A stretch of 64,000 bases of DNA from Utricularia gibba (GCA_002189035.1 NEEC01000008.1:2046001-2110000); one strand, 5' to 3'. Numbered from the stretch's first letter, positions 29,551 through 43,116 are shown. Program-made: numbers and translations. Notes: generated by a model not told the origin, from the sequence alone.

Positions 29551-30691
29551 TCCACCGTATTTTATATTTTAATAGTATTTTAATGGGCCTGTCCTCTTCC
29601 GATGGCCCAACTAAACGGACAATTATTTTTATCAAAATTCTTGTATTAACTGAATTTTCTTAATTAAATGAGTTTAATTTTTTTATTAAATGAAATATAA
29701 TAATATTTTGAATATTCATTTTTAAAACTTATTTAGCAAATACATACGCAATTATAACTATACAAATAATGAAATGTATCATTAACTGAATTATTATATT
29801 AAATTGAATAAACAAGTGTGTTATTATTTAAGGTTTTAATTAATAATTAAAGTAAATAATAGGTGTTTTTTTAAGGTTTTTTCCAGATCCACACCAAGTC
29901 AATGAATGGTGTATTAATTAATGCATGCTGGGAGGTTAACCCAATGAGCGATGAGCACGTGACCCAGTCGTCACTCAATTACTTTTTATGTGCTCGTGTA
30001 AGGAATTTTACCGTGGGTGATTCGGGAAGTGGTGCATCAGGGTAAAAAAGAAAATTGAAAGGTCAAACCGGTTAATGACTTCCAATTAATTAATTAGTGG
30101 ATTAATGACCGGGATTAAGGTTAAGTCGTCGTGGAGGGTAGAATCGTCAACAGGTGGTGATAATGACCTCCCCGGGGGTAGCTGACCCAGCGTAATTTCT
30201 TGCCTCTGAGAATCACAACTCAGTTTCGTTTCGTCGAACTGGAGACTGGTGACTGAAGGCGATCTCCATTCCTGTTGTGCTGTTTTCTTTATACTGGGTT
30301 TCTTGATCTGGTTTGGGCAACAACACTCGAATCTGGTTTTGTGGTTTGGGTTGGTGCCCGAGCAGAAAAGTCAATGGTTTTCTGCTGCTGAAGCGCGTTT
30401 TTTTTTTTTTTTTTTGGTATTCTTCTTCCTGGAGTCGTTCAAACATGATTGCTTGACGGGTCGGTCAGATTTGATCAAATCAAACCAAATCTGATCCATT
30501 CAAGGAAGCCGACCAGAATTTTTAGTTCCCATCTTACGCGGCTTTGTTTCCATTTTCAGCAGGTTTATCGTCTTTCGTTTCCCATTTAGCTAAACACTGG
30601 TGAAACAAGTAACGCTTGTTTGTTTCAAGGTTTTGGGTACTTTGGTATATGCGCTGAAGCTTATTCAAGAGTTTGAGAGGCTCTGAAGAAA

Positions 30692-33690
30692 ATGGGAGGT
30701 GTTTGCTCCGGGGGAATTGTTGTGAGGAATGTGAAATCGGATGAATTGGTGTATGATAAAAACCAGGGATTCTCGGGGAGAATCTGCAATTAGATGAGAG
30801 GTTTCGAAAGAACCAGAACAATGACGCCTCATATATGGGCAATGATGAAGTCGATGTTTTTGAGAAGCGCCCCGGCATATGTTTGATTCCGGCGAACTTA
30901 TTTCGATTTCCCGTGAACTGAGACCATCTATGTTCTCTGGCACACCAGCGAACAAGGTATGTGTATCTTCCACCAAGCTTTTCCTTCTTTTTTTTTCTCT
31001 ACTGTGATCTTGCCTGTTTTTTTTTTTTTTTTTATGTTGATCTGATGGTGGATTGGAAATCCACAATCTTGCTGAAAATATAAGAAAGCAGGAAGGAAAA
31101 TTTGGATTTTTTTTTCAACAGTGATGTTCCCTGTATTTATCTTCATGCTTTTCTTTGTAGAGTCCTTGATTTTCTTGTTATATTCTATGATAGGCGCCAC
31201 AGATACCGCCATCATTCCTGGGAAAGGCCGGCATACCAGGCCTCGAGAAAGCAGTGGATGTACTTGATGCTCTTGGTAGTAGCATGACCAATTTGAATGC
31301 AGGCGGATTTTCGGCAGGTGTAAATAGTAGAACAAAGAGAATCCGAATACTTGCTTTTGAAGTAGCTAATACCATAGCCAAAGGCTCAAGCTTGCTGCAG
31401 TCTCTCTCTGAGGAAAGTATCCGTGAATTGAAGACAGAAATCTTAACTTCAGAAGGGGTGAAGCGGCTAGTTTCTAAAGATATGAAGGAGCTCCTTTCTA
31501 TTGCAGCTGCTGACAAAAGGTAGCTTTTTTGGGTGCTTTGGCCTGTGCTTTATTAGGAAACATTTTGTTGTCCTCAATTAAGTTCTTTTTGTCGCTTTAT
31601 TTCCAGGGAAGAATTCGATGTGTTCGCCCGTGAGGTTATCAGATTTGGAAATCTATGCAAAGACCCCCAATGGCACAATTTAGATCGCTTCTTTTTGAGG
31701 TAACTACTATCTCAGGTTTTCTCCGCGTTTCTGTTCCTTCCCAATGGATGATAAAGCATTTCTCTTCTAGGTTGGATTCGGATTCTGATGTTCATAAACA
31801 GAAACGAGAAGATGCTGAAATGGCAATGCAAGAATTAACCAATCTCGCTCAGCACACATCAGTAAGTCCAATGCTATTGTGGCGTTGTCATGTATTGTTG
31901 CACATTTTCCTTTTACATTCCCATAGGATTGAAAGCTCAATTCTGCCTCAGGAACTGTATCACGAGCTGCATGCGTTGGACAGATTTCAGCTGGACTATA
32001 GGCGGAAGCTAGAAGAAGTTGCATCATTGAACCTTCCAAAGAAGGGTATGTTTAACTTGATCTTGCTTGGTGGGATGCCTGAAGATAGCCTGTTTAGGAC
32101 TCCTTTTGCAGTGCATTTGTGGGCATGCTTAATGAGATCACTCAAATGATGCATTTTAACATTTGTCAACATAGGAGACTGCCTGGCAATGTTACAAAGT
32201 GAGTTGAAACATCAGCGAAAGCTGGTACTGAGCATGCAAAAGAAATCCCTTTGGTCCAAAACCATGGAACAGGTAACATGGAGACACCGTTGTCACTTCT
32301 TTTCAGTTACCTTTTTGTTGGCATCTGCAAGCTGATGAGTGAACTTAAATTTGTCCTGGGAAGGTTGTGGAGAAGCTAGTTGACATTGTCACATTCATAC
32401 ATCAAGATATTAAAGATGCATTTGGAAGCAATGGTGTGATCCTGTCTCTTTTTCATATCGCCATGCTTCGACATATTGTAACCCTTCTATCCTCATGTGG
32501 TGCGAACAGATACCACCCCAGAACAGGGAAGGGACTCAACAGGGAAACCGAAAAGACTGGGGGCAGCTGGTCTTGCACTGCATTATGCCAGTATAATTAC
32601 CCAGATAGACAATATTGTAAGTAGAGAAATGCTATTAGTATTTGTCTTCAAATGACTATATATCATCTCACATAAACTATCATCATGCAAGGCCTCACGA
32701 CCAACTTATCTTCCTCCAAATATGCGAGAAACCCTGTACGATGGTTTGCCACCATCCATCAAGACAACTCTTCGCTCTCTGTTACAACATGATGCCCAGG
32801 AAGAGGTATTTTTTCGCTCTCTTATCCCTCATCTTGTGAACGAACACATGTTCAAGACTTGATCTTTTCCATCATATTGGGGCGGATTCCGTTTTTGTGT
32901 AGCTCTCATTTCTGGAGATCAAGTCTAACATGGAGAAGTATCTCGACTGGCTTGCCCCTTTAGCAGCTGAGACAACCAGGTATGATGCTTGCCATCGGGA
33001 AAACGTATTTGTTAGTGTTAATCATGCTGAGGAACACCTGCGTGAAGTATTCTCCTCTCTGGCAAAATGAATCAGGGCGCATCAGGGGTTCGGATGGGTC
33101 GGAGAATGGGCCAGTGCAGGGTTAGTGTATGAGCATCCTTGTTATCTGTCACCATCCCTGGAAACGGATGCTTGACGAGCTATACTCCATTTGACAGGAA
33201 TGAATTCGGAAAGAAACCGGCATCTCCGATCCGCTTGCAGACTCTCTACCATGCCGACAAAGATGAGGTGGAATCCTGCATACTGGAGCTTCTAACGTGG
33301 CTTCATCGTCTCGTCAGCGTCGTCAGATATCGAGACAGCAAGCCCCTCCCCATGAGATCGTCAACGTGCAGAGTATCCCCTTCAAGCGCAGGGACATTGG
33401 CATCCAACAGTGAGGAGAGCAGCAGGCCCCATAAGGCTGTCCTGATCTCCCCCGAGGATAGGATCCTGTTGGAGAACGTGACGAAACGGAGGCGGAGCTT
33501 TGTCCAGGGACTGAGCAAGAGCCAAGAATTCGCGACTGTGATGAAGAGTCGCAAGAGCAAGACGCTCAGCCGGAGCATGCGCAGCTCCCCTCGGCTAGGG
33601 GCGGCGGCGGAACATAAAAACGTCGACGTTTTGGACGTGTTGGACGGTTTAGATTCGTCCTTCTCGGTTCCTGGGGGAGGTGTACGATGA
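30692..33690 (+). CDS. PSI2: PSK SIMULATOR 2-like protein (DUF3475 + DUF668); two apparent -1 frameshifts in exon 1
   Basis: MGGVCS myristoylation-type start, FDSGEL.SISREL, LEKAVDVLDALGSSM, ILAFEVANTIAKG, FGNLCKDPQWHNLDRF, RLGAAGLALHYA, GFGWVGEWA, LQTLYHADK. Confidence 0.9.
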
Positions 33691-34086
33691 TTTCTCCTTC
33701 GCTTTTTTGTATTTTTAAATTAAAAAAAAACCTTGTCGTAATGCGTAAAATGAAACTCTAAAATATGTATATAAATATTATTTCCATGACTTGCATTTTA
33801 ATTATTCATTATTAAATAAAACATGTTTACTTGTGATTGAATAACTTATTATTATTATTATTATAAGAAAATAAAACATGCAACACCGATATAATCCACT
33901 AAATTCGACGAGCAAATATGTTTTATATTTAATTTTTTGTAGTGAAATTCGAATAATTAAATTCCACTTAATGATTGAGATTTTTACCCGTTGTGGATTA
34001 GGATGTTGTCATTTTTCGGTACCCACTTTCCTCTCCCAAGCATAAAGTTCCGGTCCCATGCACCGGAATTACAATCGATCCTCGCC

Positions 34087-34484
34087 ATGGCTCTGCCCTC
34101 CCCCGGTTCCTCCTCCAGACGGCGATTGATCAGCGATTGCACCGTCGCCGCCAATCCATGCGCGTATCAGCAGCGCTGGGGAAGGCTTCCTCTTGTTATG
34201 AGGTGCTAGGGATTCAGAGGAGCGCCACATCGACGGAGATCAAGTTCGCCTATAGGAATCTGGCCAGAGTTCTGCATCCGGACGCTGCTCTCAGACGCGG
34301 AGTTGGAGCTTCTTCTTCAGCTGAAGAGTTCATACGCTTGCAGGCGGCGTACGCCACGCTCTCCGATCCGGATAGGCGCGCGGCGTACGATGGCTCGCTT
34401 GTCTCCCACTTCCGGATGCCAACTGGATCCGGATCCACCGAGGCGCATGCGACCCGGACGTGGGAAACTGATCAGTGCTGGTGA
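34087..34484 (+). CDS. Small plastid-type DnaJ (dnaJ 11/DJC23-like); apparent -1 frameshift at C5 34100-34104
   Basis: J domain CYEVLGI...IKFAYRNLARVLHPD...FIRLQAAYATLSDPDRRAAYD and the family C-terminus WETDQCW*. Confidence 0.9.
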
Positions 34485-35033
34485 TGAACTTGCATTAAAA
34501 ATAAATAATGAAAAAAATCAATTTAAACACAAAAAAAAATAGTTTACGTGTACGGGCGCCGAATACGCGGTCAAGTTCAGCCCTTGAATTTACAAAACTA
34601 CCCTTTACTTTTGCCAGGCGGTACTCGTCGGAGCATTTCGCCACTGATTGTGGCGGTCGGTGAATTCTCCTCTGATCGGGGGAACTTCCCACCGGAACAC
34701 TAGTAATTTTCTTCGCTGCTCTTGCTATCTGGAAGTGGGCTGGAATTTTAGGCCAATTCTTTCTTTGTCGTTTCGGTCCCTCATTAGGAGCTGATTCCCA
34801 TTTGTTGGTTGCGTGGTATCGAGGTTTTGCATGAATGTGCACAGAGTTCATGCTATTGGAATTTGCTGAAGAAGGATGCCATAAACAGATGCAGCAGCAG
34901 CAGCACCCTTGGTGTATGTCTGTCCATAGCAAGACTACAATGAGTAGAAGAGGAGCTCGCTCATTTCAAAACTCTAACAAGTGCACCGAATGGTTTAATG
35001 ACTGGACAGAGGGGGCCGTGAAGATCTACGGGT

Positions 35034-38000
35034 CTACAACTCATCTTTCAGATCCTCCGGCAAGTCCGTCTTCGAGGAAGACTCAGTTTCTTTGGAGGTG
35101 TCCTCTGTTTCAGCTTCCTCAACTTCTTCTTCTTCTTCCACCGTGGCTGCAGGGTCGATGCTGAGGCTGCTCTTGACTGAGCTGTAGATTCGAGAAGCGA
35201 AGTCCTTTGGATCGCTCAGCGTGAAACCACTCTCCATGAGGGCTGTCTGATACATCAGCTGTGCTGTTTGCTTCACGCTTGCATCCTGGTAAATTCAAAA
35301 ACATGGAACAGGCAAACAGGGTTTAGCTCATCTTCGATCATGTCAGAGGCCTGAGAGTAGACTGTGTTGTTACCTCTGGGTCTTTTACTACTCGTTCCCG
35401 GAGCTCCTTGATGATGGGGTGTCTTGGGTTGATTTCAAGCACCCTCTTGCCCGCATGTAGGCTTGCTTGTTGGAGTCGGACAGAGTTTGGGACTGCATGA
35501 TTCTCTCCATGTTTGCACTCCATCCGAATTTGGATGTCACTACAATGCAGGGAGAATCGGCGAGGCGGTTGCTGATCTTGACATCATCTACGTTCTCACT
35601 GGCAAGAGCACCCTTCCACCATTTAGTTAACTCCTTGAATGACTCCTTCAGTTCCTTGTCTTTGGAGTCTTTGCCGAGCTTCAACCCTTCTTTGGATACG
35701 TTTTGGAATTTCTTGTCCTCGTAATCCATTAGATATTGCATCAGGTATTCATCCACAGGGTCAGTGAAGAAGATAACCTGAGGTGGAAGAAGAGATTCAT
35801 AAGGGTACTGGGAGTGAAACATTCAGAAAACTTGTGCTCACCTCATAATTCTTCTTCTTGAGTCTTTCAAGGAATGGAGACTTCTCCAACTGCTCCTTGC
35901 TTGTTCCAGTGATATAGAAGATATCTTTCTGACCAGATTTCATTCTGGAGATGTACTGGTCTAGCGAGGTTAACTTACCCTCGGATTTAGAGCTGACAAA
36001 TAATAAAACCACGACCTTAATGTACACTCTATGCAAGTAATGCGCCAATTGGAGCAGAATGGAAAGGCTACTTACGTCTCAAATCGGAGCAGCTTGGCCA
36101 GGCGATTTCTGTTAGTAGCATCTTCAATGATACCAAGCTTGATAGACTTGCCAAACTCGTTCCAAAATTTAGTGTACTGACCTTTCTTTTCGTCAATTTC
36201 ACTTGATTCTTCACTATCTACAATTACCCACATCAGAAGTTCAGATGCAAAGATAAAGAAAGGATAGTGCTTGTTATGTAGTGCAATCTGTAAGCAGATT
36301 TATCTCGCAGCAGAATTGTTGTTCATTAAGTGGATTAATTGAAAGTTTAATTGAGGCAAGGTACGGTACCTTTCTTGTCGTCATTATTTTCATCAGGGTC
36401 CTCTTCTGCGAGCTTCCGAATCATATCCAGGGCCTTGCGGATGAGCTTCTTCTTGATCGTTTTTAAGCTGCTGTGCTGTTGAAGCATTTCTCTCGACACA
36501 TTCAGAGGCAAGGTATCAGAATCAACAAGCCCCTGGTCAAATTAGTTCTTTTTGGTTAGGAACTACAAGGCAACCTTAGTGAGCAAACAAAGCGAGAATA
36601 GCAGTTGCAGGGTATCAACAAAAAAAATATTACCAATAAGAAGTTCAAATACTTCGGCAGAAGTTCATCGAATTCATCTGAGATAAAGACCCTTCTGACA
36701 TAGAGCTTCAAATTGGATTTTTTCGAATTGTAGTAGCTCTCGTAGAGATCATGAGGAGCCTTGGGAGGAACAAACAACACTGCCTTGAACTCGACATCAC
36801 CTTCGGCATTGAAGTGACTCCATGCCATAGGTTTATCTTCACTGAAGTCCTGTAGGTAAAAGTTTTACATACAAAAACAAGTTGATTCAGACGAGATGGG
36901 GAAAAGATTATAACTTCAACAGACGGAAAATGTTTACCTTGGCCAGCGAGTGATAGAATTTTGAGTACTCTTCCTCAGTAACCTCCTTTGGACTTCTTAG
37001 CCATATAGCTTTCATATCGTTCAAAAGTTCCCATTCATGAACCGTTTTCTGAATCTTTTTTGTTTTGGCTTCCTCCTCTTTCTCAGCACCTTCTTCTTCT
37101 TCTTCTTCCTCGGAAGGTTTGCTATCAGCTGATCATCCAGTTATATTGCGGTAAGAATACACACAAATGATGGAAGACAAGCAACACGAATCAGAAACCA
37201 TATAGGACATACATGAGTCCTCATCATCGGTTGACTCCTCTTCATCAGCGGGAACCTCCTCATCTACTTGCTTGCTGGACCAAAGGTATATGGGGAAGTT
37301 GATAAATTCGGAATACCTCTTCACCAGTTCCTGAAATGCTCAAGAAGCATTTAAATCCATCATCAACCCGTCATTATGTGAATTTATCTTAAAAAGATGC
37401 CACTATCGTGATCAGGGTAGAAAACCTTCAGTTTGAACTCATCCAAGTACTCTTGTGCCTCATCTCGGAGATGCAGTTTGATTTCTGTTCCACGGCCAAG
37501 AGGTTCATTCCATGTGTCTTCTGATATGGCAAAGTTTCCATCAGCCTTGGACTCCCAGACATGCCTGACCATTGAACATTCATTCCAGAATGAGAAATAA
37601 ACTTGCTACAAAACATAGATATGATGTGGCTTTGAATTAAGTTACAGCCCACCATGCGAAGTCTAAACAACTCACTGTTTATCATCATTATGTTTGCTGA
37701 TCACTTCCACATAATCAGCCACGAGATACACCGAGTAAAATCCAACACCAAATTGCCCAATGAGGTTGAGATCACCACTCGTCTGCATCTTTTCAACAAA
37801 TGCTGCAGGTTGTGAAATAGAGAATGCAGAAAAGTTATGCCTTTCACACCCAATGTAATCATGGTATCACGATGTAGATAAGAAAAGCTGGGATGAACAG
37901 ACACAAGCATGCTATACAAAGCGTTTAGTTACGCTTTTCACATGCAATGGGTGTCTTGACATGAAAAGTGATGCTCATAAAAACATAAGAGAGACACAAG

Positions 38001-38965
38001 GATCATTAGACATCTTGAACACTTCCTAATATGCACTCGAAAGTACCTGATGTTCCAGATTTGGCGATGGTGCCCAAATTCTTGATCAAATCATCCTTGG
38101 TCATCCCTATACCCCTATCCCGGATGGAGAGTATTTTGTTGTCCTTGTCCAATTTAATCTAGATTGACGGAAAATATCAACGTAGAGGTACTATTAGTCG
38201 TATTTTTAGGAGGATTGTGGTGGTAGCAAATTAGATTTTTAAATGTGAATGATCAAGAATGGAAATAGACAGCCCTTAAGCAAACGCAGGAGAGATATGT
38301 CATTGCAAACCTGAATCTCAAGCTTGGCGTTTTCACCTTCTCCCAGAACTTCCTTTTCAGTGAGCGACAGGAACCTTATTTTGTCCAGCGCCTAAAATCG
38401 AGGACAAGTCAGAACACATCTCTAGCACAAAAATTGCAACAAACAGAGCAGGAAACACGCACATCCGAGGCATTCGATATCAACTCCCTCAAGAAAATGT
38501 CTTTATTGCTGTAAAGAGAGTTGATGATAATGTCCATGAGCCGTGACACCTCTGCCTGGAACTTAAACTTCTCTGCTTCCGCGCGCAGCGATCTTCCGGA
38601 AATGGATTCGGATTCCCTACAATGCACACCATTAGCTTCCGCTACAGGGATCCACCGACGCAATAATGCTTTTCAGCGAATCAAACAAAAAGCTACCTCT
38701 TGACAACTTCAGAGTCCGTCGACAGTCCACTTGGGACACCGCCGATCTTCTCATCCACCTTAGGGAGATCTTGCACCGCATCCGGATCAACTTCAGCATT
38801 TACCCGCGTCTTCGTACCTGAAAAGCCACAAGCACTTGAGCCACCCTAAAAATTGCATAAAAAATAGTGAATCAACTACAAAAGAGAACAAACCACACCT
38901 TGATGCGGCAAAATAAACAGAATGCACAGCACTAAGAGAAGCGACGTGGCCTTCCACTTGCTCAT
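35034..38965 (-). CDS. HSP90.7: ER HSP90 (endoplasmin/GRP94, SHEPHERD); apparent -1 frameshift at 35450-35452
   Basis: Signal peptide, [61 protein letters not shown], and a C-terminal KDEL. Confidence 0.95.
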
Positions 38966-39115
38966 TTTCCTGGATGCTCCCAGATCTCTTCCCCCGGAGA
39001 CTGAATCACGCAGTGCAAGGAACGCGGATCAGTTATATTGAGGTTTAGATGGAGCATGCGTCGTCAGGTCTCGCCACGGTGGCGCATCCGACGGTTAGAA
39101 ATGAACCTCGTACTA

Positions 39116-39134
39116 CGTGGAGTGTCCTTATTGG
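39116..39134 (-). promoter_or_regulatory. ERSE (CCAAT-N9-CCACG) upstream of HSP90.7
   Basis: Plus strand cgtgg-agtgtcctt-attgg is the exact reverse complement, about 150 nt before the ATG at 38965. Confidence 0.75.
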
Positions 39135-39159
39135 CTGCCGCGGCGTGGTTTGGCGTGGA

Positions 39160-39174
39160 CTTCTGGAACCTTCT
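39160..39174. promoter_or_regulatory. Perfect three-unit heat-shock element (nTTCnnGAAnnTTCn) upstream of HSP90.7
   Basis: TTC-tg-GAA-cc-TTC at 39161-39173. Confidence 0.65.
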
Positions 39175-40042
39175 TATTGCTGGGCCTGGGCTGGAGTCCG
39201 GTTTATCCTAACTCGTTATCCAGTTACATTATTTTAAATTAATTAAGATATATTTGAATTAATTATTACTTTGATCAATTGAATGAGTACGTGGCACTAT
39301 TGCACCAATTTTTATCCTAGGAAAAATTAATATTTTTTCATAAAAGACATTTTTGTCCTCAAAAGCTATTTATTTAAATTACATGATTTCCCATTTTGGG
39401 CATTCTAAATTATTTATTAATTACATATCATAAACTTATGTTACCAATTAAATCTATGTTATAATTTATTCAATATAATGTAAATAATTTATATTATATT
39501 TTTTAATAATATGTTTTATTATCAAATCTATCAAACTCGTAATTAAGGTTCATTTTAATATGAATTGTGGTAGTTAAAGAGAATGATTGAAACGCCACGT
39601 GGCGCCAAGGGAGTCAATAGACGCTTTGATACGGTCGGTCAATTAATTATTTAATTACAAAATCTGTTTAATTATGCTTTTAAAAAATTATTTTTTTAAT
39701 CAGATAAGTTTAAATTATATATTATAAATAATTAAAAGTAGACTGTAATATCTAGAAAAATCAAATAAAACAAAAACTCTACCCGAAGTTGAACAGTCAC
39801 CGTGATCGGACGGTTTCTATGACATCGGCGGCAGCCGCCCAACGCCCCAATGGCGACGTGGACGTAGGAGTCGCGGTTCCGGAAATGGTTAACATAATAA
39901 ATAAAGTAGCCGTTACAATGCCGTTCCTCAAACGTCTTTGTAGATGAAGGAAAGCTTTCGGCCGGGAGCTTTCTGATCCATGCTCTATCCTGTACCCGTG
40001 GCCTCTCTGTCTCTTCTTGAAAGTTGAGCGAGTTCGTGAGTG

Positions 40043-40705
40043 ATGATGATGACTTCTGAGAAACAACCAGCGTTGAAGGGGATTCTAGATAAGCAGGTCG
40101 CTTCTCCGTGTGGATTCTGGGACACCCAGAACGCCTATCAGGTGTTCGATCCGATGCGTAGTGGTGAGTCACGGTACTGGTCGACTGGCCTTCTCCGTTC
40201 TCCTCCGTCGACGTTTCTCGTTCGCTCTTACTCATCAGGGCAGCAGCTGCCGCCTCTGCTCCCTCTTCCCACGGCCGCTCCCTGCCGGAAAATGGCTTCT
40301 CAAGAAGGAAACAGAAAGGCCATCAAAGGAACTGGAAAGAGAGTGCCCTCTGTTGCAGCCAAGAAACAGGAGACACTGAATAAGAGTACAAGGAAGTCGG
40401 ATAAGAGTGCTGTTTTCAGTGCGCCAAAGGGTTCTGCGAAAGCTTCGCCTTTGTTGTCTCGAGGTAATGACAGTTCGCGTAGCAATGAGAATATAAAAAC
40501 TAATGATTTGCCCTCCGTTAGAGCGCCTAGAGCTGAGATTAGCGCAGCCCCCTTGAATGCCATCTCACCACCACCAAGCAGCTTGCCCCTGCCGAGCTTC
40601 TGCTTGAGGTCAAAGTACAGGTGCAATGAAGAAGCAGGCTCTGTAATCGACACCCATGCTACGGATAAACTTCAACGACTTCTCCGGCTCAAGGATCACG
40701 CCTAG
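40043..40705 (+). CDS. Intronless uncharacterised plant protein (QQLPPLLPLP...SPPPSSLPLP...ATDKLQRLLRL family, At1g20070-like)
   Basis: 220-aa ORF with the family C-terminal motifs. Sits next to ROP, as recalled for the Arabidopsis homolog. Confidence 0.7.
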   Translation: MMMTSEKQPALKGILDKQVASPCGFWDTQNAYQVFDPMRSGESRYWSTGLLRSPPSTFLVRSYSSGQQLPPLLPLPTAAPCRKMASQEGNRKAIKGTGKRVPSVAAKKQETLNKSTRKSDKSAVFSAPKGSAKASPLLSRGNDSSRSNENIKTNDLPSVRAPRAEISAAPLNAISPPPSSLPLPSFCLRSKYRCNEEAGSVIDTHATDKLQRLLRLKDHA

Positions 40706-41757
40706 TCAACTGGGAATCAGCTCAAGCTCTGCGTGGCATTACAAACAGAGCAAATCATGGATATTGTATAAGCCTTTTCCAGTTCAATTTCATTGTAATT
40801 ACAACCACCTCGTGTGTTTTTGGAATGAGGTGCAGAGTTACTACCTTTTCACCGTGTCTTCAATAACAGATGTTCTACCCATGCATTTGATTTCCCACAC
40901 GCAAAAGGTGCACAACCACAAGGATAAAAAGAGCGAATTACTGGCTAACAAGCTACGCCTCGAACCACTGGGGCATCTCTCCTCCAGAATGATAATGATA
41001 AGGAACTACTACTACATGATCAATACAGGAATATGAGGCGAAAAGAAGAGAAAGTTCATAACTTGAACTGCAAACTACAAACTGAAGTCCATGCAGCGTG
41101 GGGAACAACTAGTTTTTCAAGTTTTGCCTACACATCCCTCAATAGTTATTAGCAATAAACTCTCAAGAGGGTGTTGATTCAGAGATCATAATTCTTGAAC
41201 GCTGGAAAGATGCCTTAGTGATTTTCAAGATCAGCGGTTTAAAAGTCTCAACTTTGAATATGAAAGAAAAGTTTTAGATCAAAGTAAAAAAGGTAGCATT
41301 TGGGGTGGTTGGGAATACCCAAATTGGGGAAATATGAAGGGTAGCCACTGCCGGTGGCGGAGCTAGAAGAGGCACTAAAGCGAAAACCCCGGGAAACTGA
41401 TTGCTCAAGCACATGGGCTTCGGTGCTTGCGCTGCAAAGTGCAAACCCGTGACATGAGTTGTTCATTTTTCTGGCTATAGAATCTCAACTGTCGAATTTA
41501 AATTCACCGAAGTTCTATACAGGTAACTCATCCCACTTGCGTTCTTGTTTTTTCTTCGGAGGGGAACTTGTGGCGGGTGTTCATCTCCCCTCGCGGTGTT
41601 AGGAGATTCGTTTTTTTTATTATTTTCATTCCGGGTTTCTTCAGTTGGGTTCTTGATTCTTGATTTGAGTCAGAAACGAAGAAGAGCTGTCATCTGAAGT
41701 TGTGCTTCTGCACGTTTTGTCGAGAAGAGAAGAACGGGGTTTCTTTGATTGCTGCAA

Positions 41758-42923
41758 ATGAATGCTACCAGGTTCATAAAATGTGTCACTGTTGGCGATG
41801 GAGCTGTTGGGAAGACTTGCATGTTGATTTCTTATACCAGCAATGCATTTCCTACCGTGAGTTCTTCCCTTTTCGTTTCCGTAGATGCCTGATAATATCA
41901 ACGATTCGGAGTTGGATTCTCATCCATGAGTCTTCCTTCGTCTATGTTTTATCCACCCTTTCTCTGGGATGCGTTGTCCATCCAATTTCAATTCCTTGTG
42001 TCCATGATCTGTGTTCTTCCTACTGAAACTCATTGAAACATGCCACCGCAGGACTATGCTCCTACGGTATTCGATAACTTTAGTGCAAATGTAGTGATCG
42101 ACGGCAACCCAGTGAACCTGGGATTGTGGGACACCGCAGGTGCACACTCACAGCCATGTGATGCTTCATGAGTCGCAGTTTCCTGATGTTTACTTCACAC
42201 AGGTCAAGAAGACTATAACAGATTACGGCCTCTAAGCTACCGTGGGGCAGATGTTTTCCTGCTTGCATTTTCTCTTGTAAGCAAGGCCAGCTTTGAGAAC
42301 GTAGCAAAGAAGGTTGCTACAATGTGCATCAGAAAAGTTTCAAGATCATTTCGTTGGGGGATTCCATTCTCATTTCTTTCTTGTGATTTTGATTTTTTGT
42401 CAGTGGGTTCCTGAGTTAAGGCATTATGCTCCAGGTGTTCCAATTATTCTCGTTGGAACAAAGCTTGGTGCGATATTCTCCTTTCAATCCCTGTCCAGTT
42501 TCTACAGTTCATCAGCTTAGCTGGAGTTGGCTGATAGTTGTTTTCACGCAGATCTTAGAGATGATAAGCAGTTCTTCATACAGCATCCTGGCGCAGTTCC
42601 CATTAGCACAATGCAGGTAAGAAAAACTTAGTAACAAAACAAGATGTTGATGCATTTGTTTTTGACTTCAAAGCTTTTTTTCTTGGCAGGGTGAAGAGCT
42701 CAGGAAGCTTATAGGATCTCCACTGTATGTAGAGTGTAGTTCAAAAACACAACAGGTAACCAAATACTTGATGAAAAGCAAGCCTTCTTGAATCGAAGTC
42801 ATCGGGTAAGTTGTTTCATTGCAGAATGTAAAAGCCGTGTTCGATGCGGCCATCAAGATCGCCCTTGAGCCATCAAGGCATAAGAACAAGAAGAGGGTTC
42901 AGAAAGCTTGCTCCATTCTATGA
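41758..42923 (+). CDS. ROP: Type-I ROP/RAC small GTPase, 7 exons
   Basis: [67 protein letters not shown], polybasic tail ending CSIL. Confidence 0.95.
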
Positions 42924-43116
42924 GACTCCCTGATTCTTTGAGCTTATGATCTAAAATCAAGTTTATAAGAAACAACAGTGAGACTAAAACTAGATCTTTT
43001 CATTCGTAACAGTTAGGTGGTATACATTTTTCCAAATGCCATCGAGTATTACTTACACAAAATGCTTTTCTTCAAACTCCTTCATCTTGGGGTTACTGCA
43101 ACTGGAATGGTGAAAA

